From the IMG/VR virus record IMGVR_UViG_3300035698_023946: DNA of 64,000 nt. One strand, 5' to 3'. A program made the translations under genes and the position numbers. Below, piece after piece: positions 47,145 through 57,180 of this stretch. Every line of letters begins with the position of its first letter. Positions within the stretch are counted from its first letter, which is position 1. The notes under the pieces are model-generated. The model had not been told where the DNA came from, made no database searches, and saw only the letters and a list, made by a program, of their open reading frames with translations. This stretch comes from an uncultured virus (IMG/VR IMGVR_UViG_3300035698_023946) (taxonomy: Duplodnaviria > Heunggongvirae > Uroviricota > Caudoviricetes).

Positions 47145-47892
47145 TAACAGACATGTCCTGAAACAAACAAGGATATTCTCTTAAACAAATCTCCGCCACC
47201 GTTGTGAATATCCCTCTTATTTCCACTTCTGCCTCCTTACTTGTTCTGATTTCTATCAAATGGCGTAAAGCTCTTATATTTGCCGTCATCATGATATTTG
47301 TCGCAACACCTATCGGAGCAAGTCTTCTAAATGCAGAAGTCAATATTTTCTTCTTATCAAAATTTTCATCATCTATTTCATAGTGTTCGGCTAACCGTGA
47401 TTGTATGTTCTCCAAATTCTCAATAGTATCTTTAAACAATTGTTTCATTTCAGCATCTTCTTCAATCTCAGGAGGCAACCAATAACCGATTTCTTTCAAG
47501 CGAACGTACCTCAAAGATTCTTGAGAATAACCACAACCAGCACGATGTCTCGTAAGTTCATGAGTCAATATCCTACTCACATTTTTAAAGATGAAAGTCA
47601 TATTAACGTGTTCGAGAACAGATCCATGACCCGACTTGATTATGTTGCCGATATAGGATTCCGTCCCTTGCCTAACCTTGTTCACGTTCGGTTGAGAACA
47701 TTCTGGTTTTTCCGGGTCATACGGTTGCCATGAACGATAACAAATCCTTCCTGCCGCTTCAACCAATATCTCCCCATCAACTTGTGATGTCGGGACCCAA
47801 TCTGGACCAGCGATGGAAGCCAAATACTCCCAAAGATCATTGGTCAATTCTGGTTTTGAAACAAGATAAACTTCTGGCTCGACTATTGGCAT
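47104..47892 (-). CDS. thyX: Flavin-dependent thymidylate synthase
   Basis: AGRICY, GHGSVLEH, THELTRHR....SQESLRY, NIRALRH, EIR. Confidence 0.95.
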   Translation of the reverse strand: MPIVEPEVYLVSKPELTNDLWEYLASIAGPDWVPTSQVDGEILVEAAGRICYRSWQPYDPEKPECSQPNVNKVRQGTESYIGNIIKSGHGSVLEHVNMTFIFKNVSRILTHELTRHRAGCGYSQESLRYVRLKEIGYWLPPEIEEDAEMKQLFKDTIENLENIQSRLAEHYEIDDENFDKKKILTSAFRRLAPIGVATNIMMTANIRALRHLIEIRTSKEAEVEIRGIFTTVAEICLREYPCLFQDMSVNESGEWKFKYHKI

Positions 47893-47893
47893 A

Positions 47894-48847
47894 TCATTTC
47901 ACCTTGAGAAGACCTTGATAAAGAACGCTTCCGCCCTTGGCTCCAAAAACTCTCGGAAAGCACTTGTGGAAATATGCACACGGAGCAAATCCTGGATAAC
48001 CCTTACACTGCATTTCATTAGAGCCAACTTCTGAAGCAGAAAACAAATGTTCATCGTTGAACGAAGGAACGACTCTGCGTTCAACCAGTTCGCTCAAATA
48101 TTTTGTCTGATTAATGATCTTGTCGATAATGTCATCATCCCTTTTACAATAAAACTCTTTATGCATCATTTTATTTCTATTTTCATAGAGTAAGTAACCT
48201 GAATCTATATCTAATAGCCACATGTAGGCATTCAACTGAACGACATGATAATTAATCGGCATATTTTTATTCTTCTTAACTAAAACATCTTCAAAAGCAT
48301 ACTGAGAGCATGATTTAAAATCAATACATTGAAAATCATGCTCGTCACTTAATTTCAAAACTCCATCCGTGTTTCCCTTGATGTTTAAATCATCATTTCT
48401 TACTTCTAACTCAACATATTCGAATTGAACACAACTACAACCCTCACAACTTGAAGGTTTTGGAGTTCCATAAGGAACCGATTCCTTACCAATGATTTTA
48501 TCACAACCTTTACATCTCCACCAGCCATACAGGACTCCGGTATCAGCTAAATGTCTTTGGAACTTGGAATGAATGCTGTGTCCTTCTGCGAAAATCTGTA
48601 TAGTTCTCATCGTGGTATAATCGTTTTTACCCACTTCGTAAAAATCCAGGATATTGCGAAGACCACAAGAACCTAAAGTTGAAGGATGCCAATAAGAAAA
48701 ATCTCTATTCTGATTATCTCGATACACCTTCAATAAACGATCATAATATCTAGGAATAACGTTTCTAGATTCAGACACGTTCTTATAAATCGATTTATCT
48801 TCATACAAATTACCCAATGGGTCTATTTCTAACTTTACCGAATTCAT
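47894..48847 (-). CDS. PD-(D/E)XK Cas4-like exonuclease
   Basis: HPS...C, GHSIH, GNTDG, IDFKS, QLNAYM, C-terminal Cys cluster. Confidence 0.8.
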   Translation of the reverse strand: MNSVKLEIDPLGNLYEDKSIYKNVSESRNVIPRYYDRLLKVYRDNQNRDFSYWHPSTLGSCGLRNILDFYEVGKNDYTTMRTIQIFAEGHSIHSKFQRHLADTGVLYGWWRCKGCDKIIGKESVPYGTPKPSSCEGCSCVQFEYVELEVRNDDLNIKGNTDGVLKLSDEHDFQCIDFKSCSQYAFEDVLVKKNKNMPINYHVVQLNAYMWLLDIDSGYLLYENRNKMMHKEFYCKRDDDIIDKIINQTKYLSELVERRVVPSFNDEHLFSASEVGSNEMQCKGYPGFAPCAYFHKCFPRVFGAKGGSVLYQGLLKVK

Positions 48848-48849
48848 TT

Positions 48850-49566
48850 TCAGTCTCCAAAAGAAGCGATAGTCTCTAAAACAGGTCCAACTCCGTGTTG
48901 TTGAATAAATTCTGCGGGATCAGAGTTGGCTGGAAGATTAACTTTGATGACATCAACATCTTGTTTTTTTAAAGATCGCACCGACTTGTCTGCCCCAAGA
49001 TTACCAGCCTCATCAGCATCTAACATGAGGAAAATCTTATAACAACCAAGACCTTTGAGTCTCGAAGCTTGAATCATATTAAAATTAGAACATAATACAG
49101 CCACAGTGTTCCTTAATCCGTTTTGATAACAAGCCCACAAATCAAATTCCCCCTCTACGACAATAACGTATCCTGCTTGGCGAATATGCTTTAACGCATT
49201 TTTTAAGCCATAAAGATAATGCTTCTTTGCAAAGGATTGATGCCACCACAACGGCTTATAATTAGTGACCGGGTGTAATTTAGACTGTAAAACCTCAGAA
49301 TTATACAAAGATACAACATCTCCATTCGAGTCCTTATACGACGGGAACCTTCCAGCAAAGCCCTTTATCTCCCCGTGAATATTCCATAATGGCACAGTCA
49401 AGCGTCCGGACAACTCTGGATGAGCTCTCGGAGGACACCAACCTAAATGAAACTCCTTAACAATATCTAAACTAATATTTCGGTTCCGTATATACTCCAA
49501 ACATTTAGAACCTTCTTCTAAGATCAGTTGTTCTCTAAAATACCTGTTAAGATGAAAGTTGTCCAT
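48850..49566 (-). CDS. dnaG: DnaG-type primase catalytic core (TOPRIM) lacking the zinc-binding domain
   Basis: YIRNRNI, F.LGW, GRL.VP, GFAGR, LYGL, VEGEFD, LDADEAG, DP. Confidence 0.9.
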   Translation of the reverse strand: MDNFHLNRYFREQLILEEGSKCLEYIRNRNISLDIVKEFHLGWCPPRAHPELSGRLTVPLWNIHGEIKGFAGRFPSYKDSNGDVVSLYNSEVLQSKLHPVTNYKPLWWHQSFAKKHYLYGLKNALKHIRQAGYVIVVEGEFDLWACYQNGLRNTVAVLCSNFNMIQASRLKGLGCYKIFLMLDADEAGNLGADKSVRSLKKQDVDVIKVNLPANSDPAEFIQQHGVGPVLETIASFGD

Positions 49567-49756
49567 GATTTTCTTCGTTGTACTTTTCTAATGATTCAGA
49601 AACAATTTCTGGATTTCTTGACGACCAGGGTTCTCCGTCTATTCCATGCCCGACCCATGCCATCGGATTTCCATCCCATGCCATCTTTTTACGACCAGTA
49701 ATTACTCCAATTTTTCCATGACCGCACTTAGCGACCTTGCCAATAAGATCATTCAT
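49547..49756 (-). CDS. Small hypothetical protein
   Basis: 69-aa ORF with AAAGGAG RBS and upstream promoter. Confidence 0.7.
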   Translation of the reverse strand: MNDLIGKVAKCGHGKIGVITGRKKMAWDGNPMAWVGHGIDGEPWSSRNPEIVSESLEKYNEENHGQLSS

Positions 49757-49771
49757 ATCGCGTCTCCTTTA

Positions 49772-49800
49772 ATTATAGTTTGAGATAGATAAAAAGACAA
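49772..49800 (-). promoter_or_regulatory. Sigma70-type promoter TTGTCT-N17-TATAAT
   Basis: Read directly; the -35 overlaps the terminator tail. Confidence 0.7.
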
Positions 49801-49825
49801 GGGGGGAGGCCAAGCCTCCCCCCTT
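49791..49825 (-). terminator. Rho-independent terminator after recA
   Basis: Plus strand AAGGGGGGAGGC-CAA-GCCTCCCCCCTT stem; on the minus strand followed by GTCTTTTT. Confidence 0.85.
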
Positions 49826-49832
49826 CGGGATA

Positions 49833-50957
49833 CTACTTGTTAGAAATGAGAAAGTTTTGAACTTCAGCTATAGATACAGAATCCGTTCCGTTAGACTTTA
49901 CCAATTCTTCATAAATATCTAACATAAAACCCTCTTTGATCATAGCCTCTTTGAACTCCTCCTCTCCTTCAATAGATTGCTCTTTGAAAGAGTAGGTGTC
50001 TCCTCTCACAGAAATGATTTTTTTATTTGGAGTTTCGATGAAAGAATGCTCTCTTCCTCTCCAAAAAACTCTATCTGCGATTGAAACTGATTCAAAATAG
50101 ACAGGCATACGATCTTCACCAATAGGTGAACCAATCTTATTCTTCGATATCTTAATCAATGAATAATTACCAATTTGATGACCATCCTTTATAATTGGAC
50201 CATTGTTGCTTTTTGAAACCGGACGAACCATCAACCTCACATCATAAGCATGTCGAATGGCTCTTCCTCCAGGAGTATAGGTCGGATCGTATCCCGACAT
50301 CTTAGCTGGACCGCCGCCCATTCCGGGCTTTTCTCTTAACTGATTGACAAAAAGAAAACAAATATTATGCATTAAGGCGGCTTTCTTTATTCCTTTCATA
50401 TGTTTGCTCATTATTGCAGGAATAAGAGTCGTTCTTTTCTCTTCATCTCGTTCATAAAGGTCTTTAGGTATCAAAGAAGCAATGCTATCTACGATCACTA
50501 ATGACAACTTTCCAGAAAGTTCTGGAGCAACTTTCTTATAAAGAAAAGAAATCAACTTTTCAGCATCGTAATCGTTTTCCTGTACAATGAACCGTTCTTT
50601 ACTCACATTCACTCCGACTTCTTTCGTTCTTGACTCCGTGATGGACCCTTCCAAATCACAATAAAGAACGCATTCATTAGGATACATTTGCTGAGCAGAT
50701 GAAGCGATCTTTAAAGCAAAGTGAGATTTTCCTCCTGATTCAGGACCGAAAAGTTCTACCAACCCGCCTCTCGGCAACCCTTGCCCGGAGGCAAGGGAAG
50801 CGTCGAGAATTGGTAAATAAGTACGGATGTACTGAGAATATCTAACGTCATCTTCAAAATTCAAGATTTCTAAGTCTTTTTCTTTTGCAAGAGTGGAAAA
50901 AATATCCCAAGTACTTCCTCCTTCTGGTTCTATCATCTCTTTCTTTCTTCTAGGCAT
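49833..50957 (-). CDS. recA: RecA/UvsX recombinase
   Basis: GLPRG..VELFGPESGGKS, VDSIASL, FVNQLR, TPGGRA, KNKI. Confidence 0.93.
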   Translation of the reverse strand: MPRRKKEMIEPEGGSTWDIFSTLAKEKDLEILNFEDDVRYSQYIRTYLPILDASLASGQGLPRGGLVELFGPESGGKSHFALKIASSAQQMYPNECVLYCDLEGSITESRTKEVGVNVSKERFIVQENDYDAEKLISFLYKKVAPELSGKLSLVIVDSIASLIPKDLYERDEEKRTTLIPAIMSKHMKGIKKAALMHNICFLFVNQLREKPGMGGGPAKMSGYDPTYTPGGRAIRHAYDVRLMVRPVSKSNNGPIIKDGHQIGNYSLIKISKNKIGSPIGEDRMPVYFESVSIADRVFWRGREHSFIETPNKKIISVRGDTYSFKEQSIEGEEEFKEAMIKEGFMLDIYEELVKSNGTDSVSIAEVQNFLISNK

Positions 50958-50963
50958 CAGAGA

Positions 50964-52100
50964 TTAACCCACCGGGACCGGGTTCAATTCATTCATGATG
51001 TCTTCAATGGTGGTCCCTTCTGAGGCGGGGGGAGAAGTGACCGGTTGAATCTGTTGAGAAACTTGTCCTACTGGGGCAGTTCCCGCAACTGGAGCAGCCA
51101 CAGGCTGCGCTTGAGGAACGGGAGGCTGACCAAAGCTCTCTACGGCCTGTGGGGGAGCCACAGGAGTGTTCTGAGCCGTTGGGACGGCAAGAGGAACTGT
51201 TGCGGCCACAGGAACCGCTACTGGTGCTGCAGCGACCGGTTGAGCCGGTTGTGCAGTCACTGGGACAGGAGGCGGAGATGAAACGGTGGCGGACGCTGGT
51301 TGTCCAGCGCCTGCCCGACGATAATCCGGACTTTCGTCATACTGAATTCCATCAACTCTCATACTCAAGGGGCATTTAAAGGGGTGATACTCTACCGCCA
51401 ATTCCCAAAGACCATTAAATTTGTCATTCGGGTCTTGATACTTGAACTTACACGCCGACGCCATTTCTTTTTCGTTCAAAGGAGAAGCTTGTTTAAAATA
51501 GTCTACAGAGTAGTTGACTGCCTCGCCCACAGGAGCCTGTTGAGTGGTAATGATGAAATCTGGCCCTTGAACTAAATCGAACGGAGGAAAAGGATTGATT
51601 TCTCCCTCAAAAGTGAAGAAGTTTTCAAACAACCCGTTATAAGGCCCTGTCAAGATTTTGATTGGTACGGGACCATCGGGATTTTCTGCTTGTTCATCAC
51701 GATCAATGACATTAATCGCATATTTCAACTGCGGTTTCTTTTCAGTTTTCTCAAAGATCGGACAAACTGCTTCAGCTTCGGAATAAGGAGAGCTATCTGC
51801 TTTGAGATAAACTCTTTCAGAGATCTCTTTTACTTGCCCGTTTTCATCTTGACATTCTTTAACCATATCGAGAAGAAGAGTTCTCGGCGAGATTTTATAC
51901 CCCTGACCGGGAATGTAGTGAGCATAATATGGGAAAAAACCGCTAACCAATCGAATGCGATGTTTTCCGATTTCAGAAATTTTCATGTACTTAGAATTGC
52001 GATTGCCTGACCCGGAACCTGCTCCGGAACCACCTCTGTTTTGACCCATTGAGGGTCCTTTGATTGTTGTGCCTAAAAAACCTAATCCAGTTGTAGACAT
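50964..52100 (-). CDS. Putative single-stranded DNA-binding protein with Pro/Ala/Val-rich linker
   Basis: RIRLV, CPI, YAINVIDR, G.DFII pattern of phage gp32-like SSBs; adjacent to recA. Confidence 0.65.
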   Translation of the reverse strand: MSTTGLGFLGTTIKGPSMGQNRGGSGAGSGSGNRNSKYMKISEIGKHRIRLVSGFFPYYAHYIPGQGYKISPRTLLLDMVKECQDENGQVKEISERVYLKADSSPYSEAEAVCPIFEKTEKKPQLKYAINVIDRDEQAENPDGPVPIKILTGPYNGLFENFFTFEGEINPFPPFDLVQGPDFIITTQQAPVGEAVNYSVDYFKQASPLNEKEMASACKFKYQDPNDKFNGLWELAVEYHPFKCPLSMRVDGIQYDESPDYRRAGAGQPASATVSSPPPVPVTAQPAQPVAAAPVAVPVAATVPLAVPTAQNTPVAPPQAVESFGQPPVPQAQPVAAPVAGTAPVGQVSQQIQPVTSPPASEGTTIEDIMNELNPVPVG

Positions 52101-52104
52101 TTTG

Positions 52105-52605
52105 TTATACCTCTTTTAATTGAGTTTTGTATTGCAGATAGCTAAAGACACGCGATAAGGTGTCATGTTTCTGCTTGTATGATTCCTTGAACATCGCCAC
52201 GCGATCTATTGTGGAATCTAAATTATTCAAAACTTCGATATACTTTAGCAGATCTAACTCCGCCATGTGCTTCTTTTCAGGTTGGGTCAACTTAGCTATT
52301 TGAATATCTTCTTCTCGAATTCTAAGAAAAACAACCTTGTCAAAAATAGTTTCATACCTCCTTTTAATATTTCTCAAATCCCAAAATATAGAAGAGCATC
52401 TCTCCGTGATACTTTGGAATATCATCATTTGTTCTGAGAACTTGTCCATATCGAGTTTAAATTTTTTCGACTCTAATATGTCTAACTCTCTTGTGTAAGC
52501 GTCGATTTTAACTTTAATCTCTTCCAAATTCACAGAACTTACAAAATAGTTTAAGCCGTCTTGGTACTTGATATCTTTCACATCCATTTCTAAAATCATC
52601 TTCAC
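52105..52605 (-). CDS. Helical protein, possibly a UvsY-like recombination mediator
   Basis: Coiled-coil character; position next to ssb/recA. Confidence 0.4.
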   Translation of the reverse strand: MKMILEMDVKDIKYQDGLNYFVSSVNLEEIKVKIDAYTRELDILESKKFKLDMDKFSEQMMIFQSITERCSSIFWDLRNIKRRYETIFDKVVFLRIREEDIQIAKLTQPEKKHMAELDLLKYIEVLNNLDSTIDRVAMFKESYKQKHDTLSRVFSYLQYKTQLKEV

Positions 52606-52949
52606 TCCTTGCCATAGTTCGCCAAATCATCAAATGATAATTCTGTGGATTCTACGGGCTTCTGAGTTTCTTGATTGCCATCCATGAACTCATCTATCGT
52701 CTTCAAACTATCTTGTTGCGATTCTTCTCCTTGTGCCAAATTGGGAAATTTGGAAGCCATCACGACTTCACTTTCCCTCCCTAGTAATTTTACGACTTTG
52801 CCACATTTACCCAGCACTGAAACAGTCAATTCGGCAAAAGATTTTCCTTCACTTTCTCCATCCTCTAATTCCACACTCTGAGACACTTCCATTGTCTCAT
52901 AATTTCCCAAATTAACTTTCAATGTAAAATGCAACTGCTTTGTTTTCAT
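52602..52949 (-). CDS. Hypothetical phage protein
   Basis: KVNLGNYET motif; AGGAG RBS. Confidence 0.7.
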   Translation of the reverse strand: MKTKQLHFTLKVNLGNYETMEVSQSVELEDGESEGKSFAELTVSVLGKCGKVVKLLGRESEVVMASKFPNLAQGEESQQDSLKTIDEFMDGNQETQKPVESTELSFDDLANYGKE

Positions 52950-52964
52950 CTTTCGATATTCTCC

Positions 52965-54899
52965 TTAAATCGCTTGTTTCTGAGAAAGCTTTCCGCTATT
53001 TTTGTAATGGGAGTTTACCTTTAAAGACTTATGATTCGGAGGTTTAACTTTCTTAGAAAGTTCCCCCGTGAAAACTTTCGGACCTGCTCTTTCTCTCTTC
53101 TTAGTATACGCCCATACATGGTATTTATCTCGGAAAGATTTCATGTTTTCCGATCCTTTAAAGGAAGAAAAATATTTATTCTCAAAGAAGATTTCCATAA
53201 CATCGGACCCTATAGAAATGTTCGAAACCTTTCCTAAGAAATCGTCAAAATCATCAAAAGGTTGTAAATCTGCAATCTGTTTTCCAAAACCTAAACCAAT
53301 ACCCTTTTCAACATGAAATGGCTCTATGATAGTTCTTTCATCAAGAACAGAAAACCCTTCTTTACTCAAATTGATATCTGGAGGTTTTATAGTATACCCG
53401 TTCTTTTTCAGTTCCTTATAATACCTTTCCAGTTTTTGATCCGCATCAGCTAAATAATTCAAAGTGACCGTCATCCAAGAAGCCATGAAATATGGATAAT
53501 AGTAGTTCTTCAAATGAGCGGTCTGCATGGAAAGAACGGCATAAGCCACACTGTGGGACTTGTTAAAAGCATACTTTCCAAATTCAACCATGATATTCCA
53601 AAGTTGATTGGCAAATGAATCATTAATCAAGCCTACAGACGAGCAGCCATTCAACCACATATTTTTCAGCTGCTCAATCTTCTTTTCATCATCTTGCTTT
53701 TTCCCAATGAATTTTCTAATCTTATCTGATTCTGTGGCAGTGAACCCTGCTAAAATTCTTGTCATCTTCATGACCTGTTCTTGGTAAAGAATCAGGCCGA
53801 AAGTTTCTTCTAAAATTCCCTTAAGAGAAGGATGATAATATGTGACTTTTAAAGGATCGTCTTTTCTCTCGCCATACAGAGAATGATAATCCGCAGCCTT
53901 TGGTCCTGGACGAACTAAGGCATTTGCGGCAACAACGTCTCTAAATGATTCTGGCTTAACTGGGCCTAAGACCTCTAACATGTCATACTTTTCAAATTGA
54001 AAAATCCCATTTGTCTTTTTGTCGTAAAATATATTCTTGATGACATCCTTGTCATTTAAATCAATGTTATCTAAGTCTACTTTCTCACCAGTTTTTTCTT
54101 CAATCATATCTAAACATTGATGAAGGTGTTTCAACGTCATCAGCCCCAATATGTCATTCTTAAGAAGACCTATGTTTTCAACATCATCTTTATCGTATTC
54201 TATGATGAACTCATCTTTGACACGACGAATCGGAACGTATTCTTCTAAATCTTTATCAGCAACGATAATCCCTGCAGGATGTTTCCCTCCATATAATTGA
54301 ACTCCATTAATTTGTCTCGCTTGCTCGAACACCTCAGCATACTTCTCGACGTATTCTTTTAAATCAGTTCTGTCAATTGCCTCATCGAATGTTTCCGCTC
54401 TAGGATTTACCTTTTTCGACATGAACTGTGAAAACTGATCGGCATTCATGTCTCCTTCTTTTACATCATTGACCTTAAATGCGAATTGAACTGCCGACTT
54501 AGATTTAATGACTTGATGAGTAGAAATGAATCCAGTATTTTTTTCCCCATACTTTTTAATGATATGCTCGAAAACTGGACCTCTTTCTTCAAAATCGACA
54601 TCGATGTCAGGAGGAGCCTCTCGTGTCAAATTGTACTCTGCTTCAAAAACACTTGATTTAAAAAAGTTTGGTTCCTTATTTGTGATCCCAAGAAGATAAG
54701 CCACCATAGAGTTTGTACGATTTCGAGTTCCTCCAGTTTTTCCACTTCTATAAATCTCCATAAGATCCTTCAATAGATCAGTATTATCGAGAAAGAAGTC
54801 CATCTCTTCCTTAAACCTATCTTTATATTGATAGATCAAATTCTTTCTATCTTCAAGCATATTCTTTATTATGAATGTAATGATCTTAGTATGATCCAT
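52965..54899 (-). CDS. dnaE: DNA polymerase III alpha, C-terminal (catalytic) part
   Basis: PDIDVDF, HPAGI, KNDILGL, GIFQFE, RPGP, YQEQVM, YAFNKSHSVAY, PPDINLS, KGIG. Confidence 0.95.
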   Translation of the reverse strand: MDHTKIITFIIKNMLEDRKNLIYQYKDRFKEEMDFFLDNTDLLKDLMEIYRSGKTGGTRNRTNSMVAYLLGITNKEPNFFKSSVFEAEYNLTREAPPDIDVDFEERGPVFEHIIKKYGEKNTGFISTHQVIKSKSAVQFAFKVNDVKEGDMNADQFSQFMSKKVNPRAETFDEAIDRTDLKEYVEKYAEVFEQARQINGVQLYGGKHPAGIIVADKDLEEYVPIRRVKDEFIIEYDKDDVENIGLLKNDILGLMTLKHLHQCLDMIEEKTGEKVDLDNIDLNDKDVIKNIFYDKKTNGIFQFEKYDMLEVLGPVKPESFRDVVAANALVRPGPKAADYHSLYGERKDDPLKVTYYHPSLKGILEETFGLILYQEQVMKMTRILAGFTATESDKIRKFIGKKQDDEKKIEQLKNMWLNGCSSVGLINDSFANQLWNIMVEFGKYAFNKSHSVAYAVLSMQTAHLKNYYYPYFMASWMTVTLNYLADADQKLERYYKELKKNGYTIKPPDINLSKEGFSVLDERTIIEPFHVEKGIGLGFGKQIADLQPFDDFDDFLGKVSNISIGSDVMEIFFENKYFSSFKGSENMKSFRDKYHVWAYTKKRERAGPKVFTGELSKKVKPPNHKSLKVNSHYKNSGKLSQKQAI

Positions 54900-56233
54900 T
54901 AAAAATAATCCCTTTCTGAAGTGTGATAGATTTCATCTGCCGAAAGAAATCTATCAAAATCTAAATCATGTATGATCGGATCTATTTGCGTAATTCCCAA
55001 CAAAAACAAAATCAAAGAACCTGCGGCAGAACCGCGTCCCGGTCCGACAAGGATATTCTTTTTTCTGGCAGCGTCGATGTAATCTTTCACCATGAGGAAA
55101 TCTATGCAGAATTCAGGATTGCAAGATAAAACTCCCATTTCTCTTTTCAATCTCTTGACATAAATTCTCGAAGTAAGTTTTCTTTTTACTAATTCTTTTG
55201 TTGCAAGAAATCTCACATACTTTACTTCAGAGACTTCTTCAGAAACATTCTTTTTCAAGAATTCCTGAAACTCTTCATCCTTATCTAAATCAAAAAAATC
55301 TACTGATGGTAAGCGGATATCGACCTTATCTCCTAACGAAAGCATCGGAATGTGGACATTGCAACTATGGGCCAACTCATAAGCGTTAATCAAAGACTGT
55401 TTATCTGAGTCCCACTCTTGATACATTCTTTTTGGAGATTTCAAAAAATAATTCAACGTGTCTTGCGGCTTATGGGAGTTTTCTAATGCATTCTCGTTCT
55501 TTCGTCCTCCCAACGAGTGAATATTCATCTTAATGTATCTGGACACATATTGATGAGAATGAACGTAATGAACATCATTTGTGACGATAGTTTTTATCCC
55601 AAGTTTATTCGCAATCTTACGAGTGCCTTCGACAACATTGAACTGTCTTGCAACTAAAGTCTCCGTATCTTTTGATAAGTGCTTTTCATTTCCATCAACA
55701 CCTTGATACATCAATTCTAAATAAAAGTTATCTCCAAAAGCTTCCTTGTATTTAGAAGCAAGATATTCCGCATTACTAAAATTGTCTTCAACGATGGCCT
55801 TTGGAATCTCTCCTAAGATACATGCACTTCCAATTATCACACCTTCCTTATATTTGTCTAATTCTTCAAAATCAATCCTTGGCTTTTTATAAAACCCTTC
55901 ACGATTTGCGACCGTGCTTAAACGCACAAGATTTCGATATCCCTCATTATTTTTGGCAATCAACAATATGTGATGAGTTTTGTTATTCACGTCATCCGTC
56001 TGACGCATATTGTTACAAATATAAGATTCAATGCCAAGGACTGGATGGATATCTTGTTTCTTACAAGCTTCATAAAACTTCAATGCTCCAGAAAGAGTCC
56101 CATGATCGCTCAACCCAACGGCATCATATCCTATCTCCTTAGCATGTTTGACAAGATCTTTGATATTACAAATGCCATCATAGGTTGAAAAATCGCTGTG
56201 GACATGGAGATGTGAGTACTTATAAGGTTCCAA
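54899..56233 (-). CDS. dnaE: DNA polymerase III alpha, N-terminal (PHP) part
   Basis: HLHVHS, SDHG, GIE, KPRID, SACILGE, TNDVHY, GPGRGSAAGS, FDRFL. Confidence 0.95.
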   Translation of the reverse strand: MEPYKYSHLHVHSDFSTYDGICNIKDLVKHAKEIGYDAVGLSDHGTLSGALKFYEACKKQDIHPVLGIESYICNNMRQTDDVNNKTHHILLIAKNNEGYRNLVRLSTVANREGFYKKPRIDFEELDKYKEGVIIGSACILGEIPKAIVEDNFSNAEYLASKYKEAFGDNFYLELMYQGVDGNEKHLSKDTETLVARQFNVVEGTRKIANKLGIKTIVTNDVHYVHSHQYVSRYIKMNIHSLGGRKNENALENSHKPQDTLNYFLKSPKRMYQEWDSDKQSLINAYELAHSCNVHIPMLSLGDKVDIRLPSVDFFDLDKDEEFQEFLKKNVSEEVSEVKYVRFLATKELVKRKLTSRIYVKRLKREMGVLSCNPEFCIDFLMVKDYIDAARKKNILVGPGRGSAAGSLILFLLGITQIDPIIHDLDFDRFLSADEIYHTSERDYF

Positions 56234-56677
56234 TTAAACTCTCCTTTTATGAAACTCTTTTTGTAGCATGGCTACAGGATGCTCTAAAAGATACGCTAAA
56301 GAAATTCCGGTTGGGATGTCAAAATCAAGAATTGTTAAAGAGGACTCTTCCGACTGATCGATTATCGTTATCCTTATCACTGGTTTATCATCTACGTCAT
56401 AAGACAAAAACATACTATTAACAATAAGATTCGACCCCTTCAGTATATTGTAAATGTTTACGATATTGAATTCTTGAAACAATCTATTTTTAAGTAATAC
56501 AATTTCATGTAAGGCATAATGCCCAAAAGAATTAATAGGACAATCTATCCGAATATCTTTCTCTTCTGGATTCACAAAAAAAGAAACCCTTTCTCCATCC
56601 AAATCGGAGATGATACTATATGTCAAACTAGTATATGCCAAATCGGTATTTTTTACATCCATCAGAAAACCTCGCAT
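56234..56677 (-). CDS. Possible bifunctional-nuclease (DUF151)-like protein, degenerate
   Basis: Size and DFDIPTGISLA..LEHPV resemble the DxRPSDAIALA...PI motif. Confidence 0.4.
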   Translation of the reverse strand: MRGFLMDVKNTDLAYTSLTYSIISDLDGERVSFFVNPEEKDIRIDCPINSFGHYALHEIVLLKNRLFQEFNIVNIYNILKGSNLIVNSMFLSYDVDDKPVIRITIIDQSEESSLTILDFDIPTGISLAYLLEHPVAMLQKEFHKRRV

Positions 56678-57180
56678 TCCTTCATTCGTTCAATATCTTC
56701 TTTCGTCACAATATAGTTTCCAACAGGTCTATAACATATCGACAAGGAATCATTATATGGAAAACTCTCTCCATTATTGAAAACATGTCTCACATAGTAT
56801 CTGATGAGAGACGATTTTGCGAATCCAAAAGTAAGTTTGACTTCAGGTCTCACATATCTTATCATAGTCTGATAGGTATCTTTTAAACAAGATGCACTGA
56901 CAAGTTTATTTGCTTTAAAAGTTCCACCCATTCCAAAACCCATCTTGTCATCAAAATCTTTATCAAAAATTCTAACATGAAAAAGAACATCATTTTCTGC
57001 ATCACATTTTATGATTCTATCTTTCAATGTCTCTTTAACATAATCGTAATCAAAACTCTCATCCCAATTTTCACCAAAAAATTTAATCAATCCATCAGAT
57101 ATTTGCCCTATCTGTTTATCCTGATTAATTAAAAACTCGCGTGGAAAATTCAAAAAGTATTTATCAACCAAATTCGACAT
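56662..57180 (-). CDS. Hypothetical protein
   Basis: 172-aa ORF. Confidence 0.7.
   Translation of the reverse strand: MSNLVDKYFLNFPREFLINQDKQIGQISDGLIKFFGENWDESFDYDYVKETLKDRIIKCDAENDVLFHVRIFDKDFDDKMGFGMGGTFKANKLVSASCLKDTYQTMIRYVRPEVKLTFGFAKSSLIRYYVRHVFNNGESFPYNDSLSICYRPVGNYIVTKEDIERMKECEVF

Noticed and set aside
47894..48847. Cas4 as part of a CRISPR-Cas locus
   Set aside because: No other cas genes or repeat-spacer array; it lies among replication genes like typical stand-alone phage exonucleases.
51020..51320. GC-rich patch as a foreign insertion
   Set aside because: Explained by Pro/Ala/Val codons of the SSB linker, in frame with the gene.
54850..54950. Split intein or intron at the dnaE break
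   Set aside because: No Cys-start or His-Asn intein blocks, and no intervening non-coding sequence; the genes overlap by one base.
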